DNA of 64,000 nucleotides from Clostridia bacterium (GTDB lineage: Bacteria > Bacillota > Clostridia > TANB77 > UBA1234), in contig JAFUGC010000003.1 in assembly GCA_017469565.1 (NCBI GenBank), positions 13,656-77,655 of the forward strand. The letters are read 5' to 3'. The notes beneath the pieces are model-generated. The model saw nothing but the letters and a program-made list of their open reading frames with translations, was not told the origin of the DNA and searched no databases. This document shows positions 28,025 through 35,283 of this stretch, piece after piece (the stretch's first letter is position 1; each line of letters starts with the position of its first letter). The position numbers and the translations under genes were made by a program.

Positions 28025-28054
28025 GATGCTTTCGGAAGGTGTCCCCAAAAACAT
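28025..28054. repeat. solo copy of the GGAAGGTGTCCCC repeat arm found at 5869..6100
   Basis: GATGCTTTCGGAAGGTGTCCCCAAAAACAT compared with GATGCTTTTGGAAGGTGTCCCCAAATGCAT (6019..6048); about 27 of 30 positions identical by eye. Confidence 0.8.
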
Positions 28055-28066
28055 TTTTGAAATTTG

Positions 28067-28095
28067 TTGCTTTTTATGTTAATCCCTGATAAAAT
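28067..28095 (+). promoter_or_regulatory. sigma-A-type promoter of the PK-like/PurA-like operon
   Basis: TTGCTT - 17 nt - TAAAAT. Confidence 0.55.
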
Positions 28096-28148
28096 GAATC
28101 CGCAATTGAATTGGTTTTGGGTAGTCTTTGTTTTTTGTTAAATGAAGA

Positions 28149-29093
28149 ATGAAAAAGGAGGAATGTTTTTTGAAACGGGATTGTAGACTTATTGCAACGC
28201 TACCTTCATTGAGTAATTTGAAAAAGGTGCAAGAGGTTTTTGAGAGTGATTGTGTAGATGAAGTAAGGTTTAATACGGGAGTGCATGTGCCTTTTGCGGC
28301 GGAAGAAGCGCTGGATATTTTACAAAGGTTGTCACTGAAGTATGATAAGAAACTTTGGATTGATGTGAAGGGCAGGCAGCTTAGGATTAGCAAGTGGGCG
28401 GATCCTTTGTATTCTTGCATTGAACTCAATCACCATGTGGAGGTTTTATATCCGGCAGAGGTTTGTTTTAGAAATGGTGATCGGGTGAGAATTGCCCATA
28501 TCAAAGATGGAAATAAACTTTTTGTGGAACCGCTGCCCAAAGAGGCGCTTGGTGCAGGGCAGTCTGTGAATATTATTGGGAGAGATGTTGAGATTGATGG
28601 TTACTTAACGGAGAAAGATAAAGAGTACTTAACTGCTTGCGCTAAGCTGGGTATGCCTTGGATTATGGCTTCTTTTGTAGAAGAGTTCTTGGATTTCATG
28701 GAGATTTTGACGCTCCAACCGAATGCTCAAATTATGGCTAAAATTGAGTCACTCAAGGGAATGGAGCTTGTGACAAGGCATCCATCTGTACTTATGGAGA
28801 AGTTTAACATTTTTTCTCTAATGGCTGCGAGAGATGACCTGTATATTCAGACAGGTGAAAATTGCAGCATGTTAAAGCATTTGAAAGCAATTGTTGATGT
28901 GGACAGTGGGGCAGTTTGTGCATCCCGGATTTTCCCTTCTTTGGAGAGAAGGCAAACGCCTGAGTTTGCAGATTATGCGGACTTGGAACTCATGTATAGC
29001 ATGGGCTATCGGAGGTTCATGCTGTGTGATAACATATGCAATTACCATTTTGAAAAAGCAATCAAAGCATGGAAGGAGTTTCAGCATGGATAG
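28149..29093 (+). CDS. pyruvate-kinase-like TIM-barrel protein lacking the C-terminal regulatory domain
   Basis: Collinear with PK barrel motifs: RLIATLPS (cf. KIVCTIGP), VRFNTGVH (cf. ARLNFSHG), IDVKGRQLRI (cf. LDTKGPEIR), LTEKDKEYL, IMASFVE (cf. IAASFVR), IMAKIESLKG (cf. IIAKIENQEG), MAARDDL (cf. VARGDLG). The likely true start is TTG 28170, 8 nt after AAGGAGG. Confidence 0.65.
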   Translation: MKKEECFLKRDCRLIATLPSLSNLKKVQEVFESDCVDEVRFNTGVHVPFAAEEALDILQRLSLKYDKKLWIDVKGRQLRISKWADPLYSCIELNHHVEVLYPAEVCFRNGDRVRIAHIKDGNKLFVEPLPKEALGAGQSVNIIGRDVEIDGYLTEKDKEYLTACAKLGMPWIMASFVEEFLDFMEILTLQPNAQIMAKIESLKGMELVTRHPSVLMEKFNIFSLMAARDDLYIQTGENCSMLKHLKAIVDVDSGAVCASRIFPSLERRQTPEFADYADLELMYSMGYRRFMLCDNICNYHFEKAIKAWKEFQHG

Positions 29094-30549
29094 TTATGTA
29101 TTATGTGGAATGCAGTTCGGTGATGAAGGAAAAGGTACGTTTGTTGACTATATGTCACATAGAGAAGACGCGGATGCCGTTGTCCGGTATAACGGAGGTT
29201 CACAGGCATCGCATACGGTGGTGACTCCAAGTGGAACGCTTCATAAGTTTAGTCAGTTAGGTTCCGGAATGTTTTTGGAAAATTGTCACACATATATTAC
29301 GGAAAACACTGTGGTGAACCTGGATAATCTTATGGTGGAGTTGAAGGTTTTTTCGGAAAAAACTGGTATTTCTGTTTCTGAACTCATCAATCGGATTCAC
29401 ATTCATGAGAATTGTTTTGTGGTAACGCCTTATCACAAGCTGCTGAACAAGCTAAGAGAATTGTCATTGGGAGAAAACCGCAGAGGAACGGTTGGCACTG
29501 GTGTGAGTGAGGTCCGGTATGTGTTGGAAGAGTCTCAAAATTTTCCGCTTGAGCCATCCTTAGGGGTTCAAGTAAAAGATATTTTTGATTCTCGTGGTAT
29601 TCGTCCACTCCTTGCTGGTTTCATGGGGCTTCATGAGTATGTGAGTGCGTTCTATCAGGAAAATCAGGAAGTGATTTGGAAAAATACTCCTGAGGAGATG
29701 AAAGAGGGTTTACAGAAAGAGATAGATTCTTTGCTTTCTGGACAAGTTTTTAATCTTACTAACATTTATAGAAGATACTTTAATACGGTACCACGAGAGT
29801 TTAACCTGAAAAGATGTATTTATAGTACTTATGAACAGTCTTTGCACGCAAACTGTAAGAAGGTGATTTTTGAGGGGTCACAGGGACTTTTGATTGATGG
29901 TAAATATGGCATCAAGCCGAATACCACTTTTCTGGATACCACCAATCAGTTTGCTTTGAGGATAAGTAGGTACACGGACCATGTGACAAAGGTTGGTATC
30001 GTGAAGGCTTTTAGCTCTCGGCATGGACCAGGTATATTTCCCACGGAATCAGAGGAAGTGAGCAGTAAGATTCAAGACCCAAATCAGGAGGAATCTTTCT
30101 GGAATGGTAAGATTCGTTTTGGGTGGCTGGATGTGGTGCTGCTCCGGTATGCACAGCACATCAACCAGGTGGATGAGCTTTATTTGTCTTCCTTGGACCT
30201 GCTGGATGATTTTGAGGAACTCAAAATTTGTGTTGGTTATATATACGATGGCAAGGTAGATGAAGAATTCAATCGGACTTTCGAATATGTTGATATGTTG
30301 GACGGTAGGAAGTATATTGATGATATTGTGATGCCCAGTGACAGGCTGGGAGAGTACTTGAAACTTTGCGTTCCGGATTACATGTGCATCAGAGGCTGGA
30401 AGAAGGATATTTCTCAGGTGACTGATCAGGAGGAACTGCCAGTTCGGTGTAGAAATTACATTGGCTGGCTGGGACGTCTTATGAATCTTCCTGTTACGGT
30501 GGTGTCTGTGGGACCTACTCGGGAAAACAAGATACGAATGGATTCTTAG
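29086..30549 (+). CDS. divergent adenylosuccinate synthetase (PurA) family protein
   Basis: Start ATG 29086 (GGAAGGAG RBS) overlaps the upstream stop by 8 nt. PurA motifs present are QFGDEGKG, RYNGGSQASHT, FEGSQGLLID, VKAFSSRHGPGIFPTE, FGWLD, SSLDLLD and VSVGPTRE. The Arg-rich loop before GWLD is degenerate (WNGKIRF). Confidence 0.8.
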   Translation: MDSYVLCGMQFGDEGKGTFVDYMSHREDADAVVRYNGGSQASHTVVTPSGTLHKFSQLGSGMFLENCHTYITENTVVNLDNLMVELKVFSEKTGISVSELINRIHIHENCFVVTPYHKLLNKLRELSLGENRRGTVGTGVSEVRYVLEESQNFPLEPSLGVQVKDIFDSRGIRPLLAGFMGLHEYVSAFYQENQEVIWKNTPEEMKEGLQKEIDSLLSGQVFNLTNIYRRYFNTVPREFNLKRCIYSTYEQSLHANCKKVIFEGSQGLLIDGKYGIKPNTTFLDTTNQFALRISRYTDHVTKVGIVKAFSSRHGPGIFPTESEEVSSKIQDPNQEESFWNGKIRFGWLDVVLLRYAQHINQVDELYLSSLDLLDDFEELKICVGYIYDGKVDEEFNRTFEYVDMLDGRKYIDDIVMPSDRLGEYLKLCVPDYMCIRGWKKDISQVTDQEELPVRCRNYIGWLGRLMNLPVTVVSVGPTRENKIRMDS

Positions 30550-30572
30550 AGAGAAGAAGAGGAGGATTATGC

Positions 30573-31175
30573 ATGAAAGATAAGCTTTATGAAGAGATTG
30601 ACCGGCGTATTACCACTGGTCAAAAGGTGAATGTGCTGATTGCTGGGATGACCTGTTCCGGAAAGAGCACTCTTGCCAGAGAAATTCAGGAGCATTATGT
30701 GTTTGGAAAGCATCCTAAACAGGTGTCTATTATTTCTCAGGATTGTTACTTTAAAAATTTAGGATTGATTCCTAGAAATAAAGGCGGCTATTTGATGGAT
30801 TCTCTTTATGCCTTTCATGCAGATGAGTACCGGGCTCATGCACAGTATCTGACTCAACATGGAACGGTGAGAGTGCCTCAGTATGACATTGCCAGAAATA
30901 AAAGGACGGCGGAATACACTAAAATTGAAAATGGAGATATTAATATCTTTGAGGGTTTGCATAGCATCCGGATATTAAGTGGACTGTGGCATAATGTAAA
31001 AGTCTATTTGGATACTGATGTAGAAACCTGCCTGGAAAGAAGGATTGCAAGGGATACGTCTTTATATGACGTGCCGGAGGAGCGCATTCGTGAGTACTGG
31101 GCGGAGTGTATTATGCCCTTAAGTAGAGAGTTCATTTTCCCGCAAAAGGAAATGGCGGATTGGATTATCAGCTAA
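30573..31175 (+). CDS. uridine kinase / phosphoribulokinase-family P-loop nucleoside kinase
   Basis: Walker A GMTCSGKST, plus SQDCYF, FEGLHS and RRIARDT, collinear with Udk. Confidence 0.75.
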   Translation: MKDKLYEEIDRRITTGQKVNVLIAGMTCSGKSTLAREIQEHYVFGKHPKQVSIISQDCYFKNLGLIPRNKGGYLMDSLYAFHADEYRAHAQYLTQHGTVRVPQYDIARNKRTAEYTKIENGDINIFEGLHSIRILSGLWHNVKVYLDTDVETCLERRIARDTSLYDVPEERIREYWAECIMPLSREFIFPQKEMADWIIS

Positions 31176-31189
31176 AGGGGGAAATGCTT

Positions 31190-32236
31190 ATGACGGTTAA
31201 GGAAATTTATGAAAGGCTGCTGAGGGCCAAACGGCCGGTGGATTTTTTTGGTGAGGCTACCACGGAAGAGGAGCTGAAAAGGTTCTATAAGGATTTTGCC
31301 AAAAAGGTTCATCCGGATTTAGTGCCTGACTGTGACAGGTATCTTGCCGGTGAGGCGTTTTCTGTGCTGAATAGACTTTATCATTTGGGTCTTGCTGAGT
31401 TCCAACAGGGCATTTATGGCGTAATTGACCAGGTGCAACTGTATTCGCATCAGTCGCCGCTGTTTGAAATCACGGCTGGAGGAAAGCGGTATCAGTTTTT
31501 TGAGAATGTGTTTGAAGGCGAGGTTGCCTATCTTTTTAAGGGGAAGTCGGCCGATGATGATATTGTGTATCTGAAAGTAGCGATTGACCCAGCAGACAAT
31601 GAACTGATTGACACGGAGTATGATGTGCTTTCCACGCTTAGGCATCAGTCTTTTCCATATGTGGAACAGAAAATTCAGGTGAATGATACCAGGGCCATTT
31701 TGATGCGAGAGGTGAAGGGCATTACTATGCTGGAGCTTTTGGAGCAATATCCGCATGGTGTGCCTGCAGAGCATGTGATGTGGATGCTGGAGCGCCTGCT
31801 GAGTGCTGTGGGGTATCTGCATGCTAACTTTGTGGTGCATGGGAATATCAAGCCGGAAAATATCATCATTAACAAGGAAAATCATAATGTTTCCTTGGTT
31901 GGTTTTTCTTTCTGTATTCCTAAGGCGAATACCCCAGAGGCAAAGTACAAGATTCAAAATGATAATTATTCTGCTCCTGAGGTAAGTGCGGATGCCACGG
32001 TTTATCCGGCATCGGATGTATATTCGGTTGGCAAAATTGCGATTGCGCTTTTAGGAGGTGCCGTTTCTTCTTCTGGAATGCCCATTTCCGTGAATGCGAA
32101 AGTGAGGGCGTTTATCCGGAAAATGGTGAATCCTTCTATGATGGATAGACCAGACGATGCCTGGAAACTCTGGACGGAGCTGATTGAGCTCAGAACGGAA
32201 GTTTTTGGAACTCAGCGGTTTCAAAAATTGGACTGA
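31190..32236 (+). CDS. J-domain protein fused to a Ser/Thr-kinase-fold pseudokinase
   Basis: J-domain with the HPD tripeptide (FAKKVHPDL). The kinase fold has VYLKVAI (beta3 Lys), SAPEV and SDVYSVG, but the catalytic loop reads VHGNIKPEN (HRD Asp replaced by Asn) and the DFG position reads VGFSF (Asp lost). Start ATG 31190 is 8 nt after AAGGGGG. Confidence 0.75.
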   Translation: MTVKEIYERLLRAKRPVDFFGEATTEEELKRFYKDFAKKVHPDLVPDCDRYLAGEAFSVLNRLYHLGLAEFQQGIYGVIDQVQLYSHQSPLFEITAGGKRYQFFENVFEGEVAYLFKGKSADDDIVYLKVAIDPADNELIDTEYDVLSTLRHQSFPYVEQKIQVNDTRAILMREVKGITMLELLEQYPHGVPAEHVMWMLERLLSAVGYLHANFVVHGNIKPENIIINKENHNVSLVGFSFCIPKANTPEAKYKIQNDNYSAPEVSADATVYPASDVYSVGKIAIALLGGAVSSSGMPISVNAKVRAFIRKMVNPSMMDRPDDAWKLWTELIELRTEVFGTQRFQKLD

Positions 32237-32292
32237 GAGTGTGTTGGTTGAACATGACGCATGAAACAAATTAGTATAAGGAGGAAATCACA

Positions 32293-33243
32293 ATGGGTGG
32301 AAGCAGCTATGACCGGGATGTGTACAGTGGTAGCTCTAGTTCAGGCTGGGGTGCTAGTTCTTATTCAGCAATGAAGATGGGCAGTAGCACTTTGGATAGC
32401 TCCCTGAGGGCTAATGGTAAGATTCTGAAAAGTACAAGCAAGAATCCTATTATTGTGGTGCTGGATGTGACTGGCTCCAACATTGATTTTGCCAGATTGG
32501 TTTATGACAAGATGCCGATGTTTTATGGGCAGATTGAGCAGAAGGGGTATTTGGATGACTTTGATATTGCTTTTTGTGCGGTGGGTGATGCCTACACGGA
32601 TGATTATCCTTTGCAGATAGGTGATTTTGCAAAGGGGATTGCTTTGGACTCCCAACTGGAAAAGTTAGTGCTGGAGGGTGCTGGCGGAGGCCAGAGGAAG
32701 GAGTCTTACGAGCTTGCCGCTTATTATCTGTATAAGAATGCGGAGTTTCCACCGGGCAGTAAGCCTCTCATCTTCTTTATTGGAGATGAGGCACCTTATC
32801 CTAAGGTGAATGAGGTTCAGGCTCAGGAGTTTGGCATTGACTGCACTGAAGGTAATGTGGAGCCTTTTGAGCTTTTGCGGAAGAAGGTAAATGACAATGT
32901 CTTTATGCTCTTGAACAAGTATTGCAGTAGGAGTTTTGAAAGTGACATTACAGAGGCGTGGACCACGCGGTTGGCGCCAGAACATGTGATTAAGATTCAG
33001 GAGGAAAAGGCGATTGTGGACCTGATGCTGGGCATTATCTCCATGGTTTCGAATGCGAGAACGCTAGAGACTTATAAGGTGGATATGCTGGATAGAGGGC
33101 AGACACAGGAGCGGATTGCCGGTGTTTCGGAATCGCTTCAGAATTTTTCAAAGGTCACATCGATTGTGCCTGTGAAGGTGTCTGGGATAATTCCCAAGGC
33201 TTCCGGTGGGAAGCAAAGCACTCAGAAGGGCAAACGCCTGTAA
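32293..33243 (+). CDS. von Willebrand factor A (vWA) domain protein
   Basis: MIDAS-like IIVVLDVTGS, later FFIGDEAPY, and the beta-alpha-beta periodicity of vWA. TAAGGAGGAA RBS. Confidence 0.7.
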   Translation: MGGSSYDRDVYSGSSSSGWGASSYSAMKMGSSTLDSSLRANGKILKSTSKNPIIVVLDVTGSNIDFARLVYDKMPMFYGQIEQKGYLDDFDIAFCAVGDAYTDDYPLQIGDFAKGIALDSQLEKLVLEGAGGGQRKESYELAAYYLYKNAEFPPGSKPLIFFIGDEAPYPKVNEVQAQEFGIDCTEGNVEPFELLRKKVNDNVFMLLNKYCSRSFESDITEAWTTRLAPEHVIKIQEEKAIVDLMLGIISMVSNARTLETYKVDMLDRGQTQERIAGVSESLQNFSKVTSIVPVKVSGIIPKASGGKQSTQKGKRL

Positions 33244-33253
33244 GATGAATTTT

Positions 33254-33287
33254 GGTGGTACACTTATTTTAGTGTACCACCTTTTTT
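33254..33287 (+). terminator. rho-independent terminator ending the five-gene operon
   Basis: GGTGGTACAC-TTATTTTA-GTGTACCACC followed by T6. Confidence 0.85.
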
Positions 33288-33329
33288 GGCACTTTTTGTT
33301 GTTTTTTGATGCTTTTTCTATTTATGTGC

Positions 33330-33358
33330 TTGACATAATGATGGGCAAAATATATAAT
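33330..33358 (+). promoter_or_regulatory. consensus sigma-A promoter for the 473-aa orphan
   Basis: TTGACA - 17 nt - TATAAT. Confidence 0.7.
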
Positions 33359-33410
33359 AACAAGGCTAAATATGTTACTTTAGGACCAACCATTATTAAG
33401 GAGGTAAAAT

Positions 33411-34832
33411 ATGGGTATTCGAAACTGGTTAAACCGCAGGCGTGAGATGGAAGACGGACTGGATGATGCGGCTGTTACTAGTTCAACTGGTTCAACCACT
33501 TCAACCGCTTCAACCGTGAATGACACTTCTTGTCATGTGAAGGTTCCCGAGAAGGTGGAGAATCTTCCGCAGATAGAGCGTGAGGCACTTTACCGGTGGA
33601 GCAAAGTGTTTTTGGGAGAAGTGGCGAGTGCAGATTATACCAAGCGGTTTGTGAAGTCCCTGAATATCAGCCCGTATCATATGGGAGATACTTATTGGAA
33701 TGTTAAACAGGAAGAAATGGAAAGGATTGGCTGTCTGACGGAGTGCTACCGGGCGTGCATCAGCAGAGTCTTTGCAGAGAATAATTTTCTGGCCGGCCCT
33801 GAGATGCTGGAAGAACTCATACGGGTTGTCACGGCAAATCTGGTAAGTCGCATGCTTCAGGAAACAGATATCACTTATGATTATGATCTGTCTGAGTATG
33901 AGAAAGAGATTTTTCAGTTTGGTTCAGAGCTTTTGAAGGCGGTTTATTGGGTGGCCACCGAGAATGTGGTGGATTTTGTTAGTCTTTACGAGAAAATCAA
34001 TCACGGTATTGATTTCAGGCTGAAAAGCATGTATGGGCCGGAGATTACATACCGGTATACTTACCTTATTCCGGCGGAGTATCTGTTTGAACTTCCTGAT
34101 TTTGTTTATGAAAAGAGATTGGGCAGTATTCAAGACAGGATGGAGGCTGTTCATGATGTGGAAGCCATCATTAGTGGAGTTCTTTCTCGGGATAATGATA
34201 TTGGTGATGGCGCAGTATACCTTTCCAAGCTTAAGGAATTCATGATAAAAGAAAAGGAGTTTCTGACACTGGATTTTGAGCATATTCTGTTCCAGTATTT
34301 TGAAGAGTTTAAAGAGGAGAACGAATTAACGTCCTATAACTTTTATGCTTATGGGATACATGACCTGATTGCTGCTATTCCGCAATATTTCCCGGAAATG
34401 ATTGTGGAGTCTTTTGAGTATCAGCTGGCAATGATGCAGCGTGTTTATGTATGCCAAGATGAAGTGGAGATGTTTGAAGAGGATCTGGTGGATCTGTATG
34501 AACGCATCGTCATTTATCGGAATTATAGAGCGGAAGATTTTCAGGTAACTGATTCTGATTCCTGGAAAGCAACTATTAGTAGTTTTTTTGAACTGGGGCT
34601 TTCGGGGTATGCACTGACCAGAATTTCGGATTTGCTCACGGATGGTTTAGGCGTGAGCAGAGATGAAGTGGAAGCGTACATTGAGAGTCTGACCCGGGAT
34701 TATTTGGATGATTGCTACTGGATTGGTACGGATGAGGAGAGCCTCATTCATATGATTCGGCTGCTGTCTAATCCTGTTGTTTACCGTGTGATTGAAGAAG
34801 AGAAGCCGGCCATCATTGACTGCTTCTGGTAA
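33411..34832 (+). CDS. hypothetical acidic, probably all-helical protein (473 aa) linked to the island
   Basis: AAGGAGG RBS. It has the same GC-rich composition and CGG usage as the preceding operon. It has an S/T-rich linker near the N-terminus and no recognisable motif. Confidence 0.55.
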   Translation: MGIRNWLNRRREMEDGLDDAAVTSSTGSTTSTASTVNDTSCHVKVPEKVENLPQIEREALYRWSKVFLGEVASADYTKRFVKSLNISPYHMGDTYWNVKQEEMERIGCLTECYRACISRVFAENNFLAGPEMLEELIRVVTANLVSRMLQETDITYDYDLSEYEKEIFQFGSELLKAVYWVATENVVDFVSLYEKINHGIDFRLKSMYGPEITYRYTYLIPAEYLFELPDFVYEKRLGSIQDRMEAVHDVEAIISGVLSRDNDIGDGAVYLSKLKEFMIKEKEFLTLDFEHILFQYFEEFKEENELTSYNFYAYGIHDLIAAIPQYFPEMIVESFEYQLAMMQRVYVCQDEVEMFEEDLVDLYERIVIYRNYRAEDFQVTDSDSWKATISSFFELGLSGYALTRISDLLTDGLGVSRDEVEAYIESLTRDYLDDCYWIGTDEESLIHMIRLLSNPVVYRVIEEEKPAIIDCFW

Positions 34833-34841
34833 GAATTTTGT

Positions 34842-34877
34842 GGTGGAGGAAAACTTGTTTCCTCCGCCATTTTTTTG
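34842..34877 (+). terminator. rho-independent terminator
   Basis: GGTGGAGGAAAC-TT-GTTTCCTCCGCC followed by ATTTTTTT. Confidence 0.85.
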
Positions 34878-34904
34878 TTCGCCCTAATTTTTTTGGAAAA
34901 AGGC

Positions 34905-34933
34905 TTGACAAGTGGGAAAAATCGTTGTAAACT
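34905..34933 (+). promoter_or_regulatory. sigma-A-type promoter of ylxM-ffh
   Basis: TTGACA - 17 nt - TAAACT. Confidence 0.6.
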
Positions 34934-34958
34934 ATTTGAGGTTTACAGGAGGTGGCAT

Positions 34959-35264
34959 ATGGAGAAGAATATTCGTGTTAGTATGCTCACAGAAATGTAT
35001 GGCAAATTGCTTACAGATAAGCAGTTTGATGTTGTTGATTTGTATTATAACAATAACCTATCACTTAGTGAAATTGCGGAAGAGCTTGGGATTACTCGTC
35101 AAGGGGTGCGCAAGATTTTGGTAAGTGCTGAGAATCATTTGTTTGAAATAGAAGAAAAATTGGGTTTCTTAGAGCAAAAGTTGCAGCAAAGAAAAGTTTT
35201 GAGTGAAGTGATTCGTCAAACAGAAGATAAATGGATAAAAGAAAAATTAACCAATTTATTATAA
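34959..35264 (+). CDS. ylxM: YlxM/p13-like putative DNA-binding protein (UPF0122)
   Basis: HTH region LSLSEIAEELGITRQGVRK, in the conserved position immediately upstream of ffh. ATG 34959 follows AGGAGGTGG. Confidence 0.85.
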   Translation: MEKNIRVSMLTEMYGKLLTDKQFDVVDLYYNNNLSLSEIAEELGITRQGVRKILVSAENHLFEIEEKLGFLEQKLQQRKVLSEVIRQTEDKWIKEKLTNLL

Positions 35265-35283
35265 AGATAAAGGAGTTTCGAGA

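Noticed and set aside
29086-30549. Phage-type PurZ (2-aminoadenine Z-genome pathway) or a prophage
   Set aside because: No phage structural, integrase, DatZ/MazZ-like or polymerase genes are nearby, and the context is a bacterial operon with J-pseudokinase and vWA genes. PurZ is used only as an analogy for substrate switching in PurA paralogs.
31319-31957. 212-aa minus-strand ORF, and other antisense ORFs in 32051..32985 and 33924..34283
   Set aside because: They are antisense to motif-bearing genes (J-domain/kinase fold, vWA) and have no RBS or recognisable motifs. They are attributed to the higher GC content of the island.
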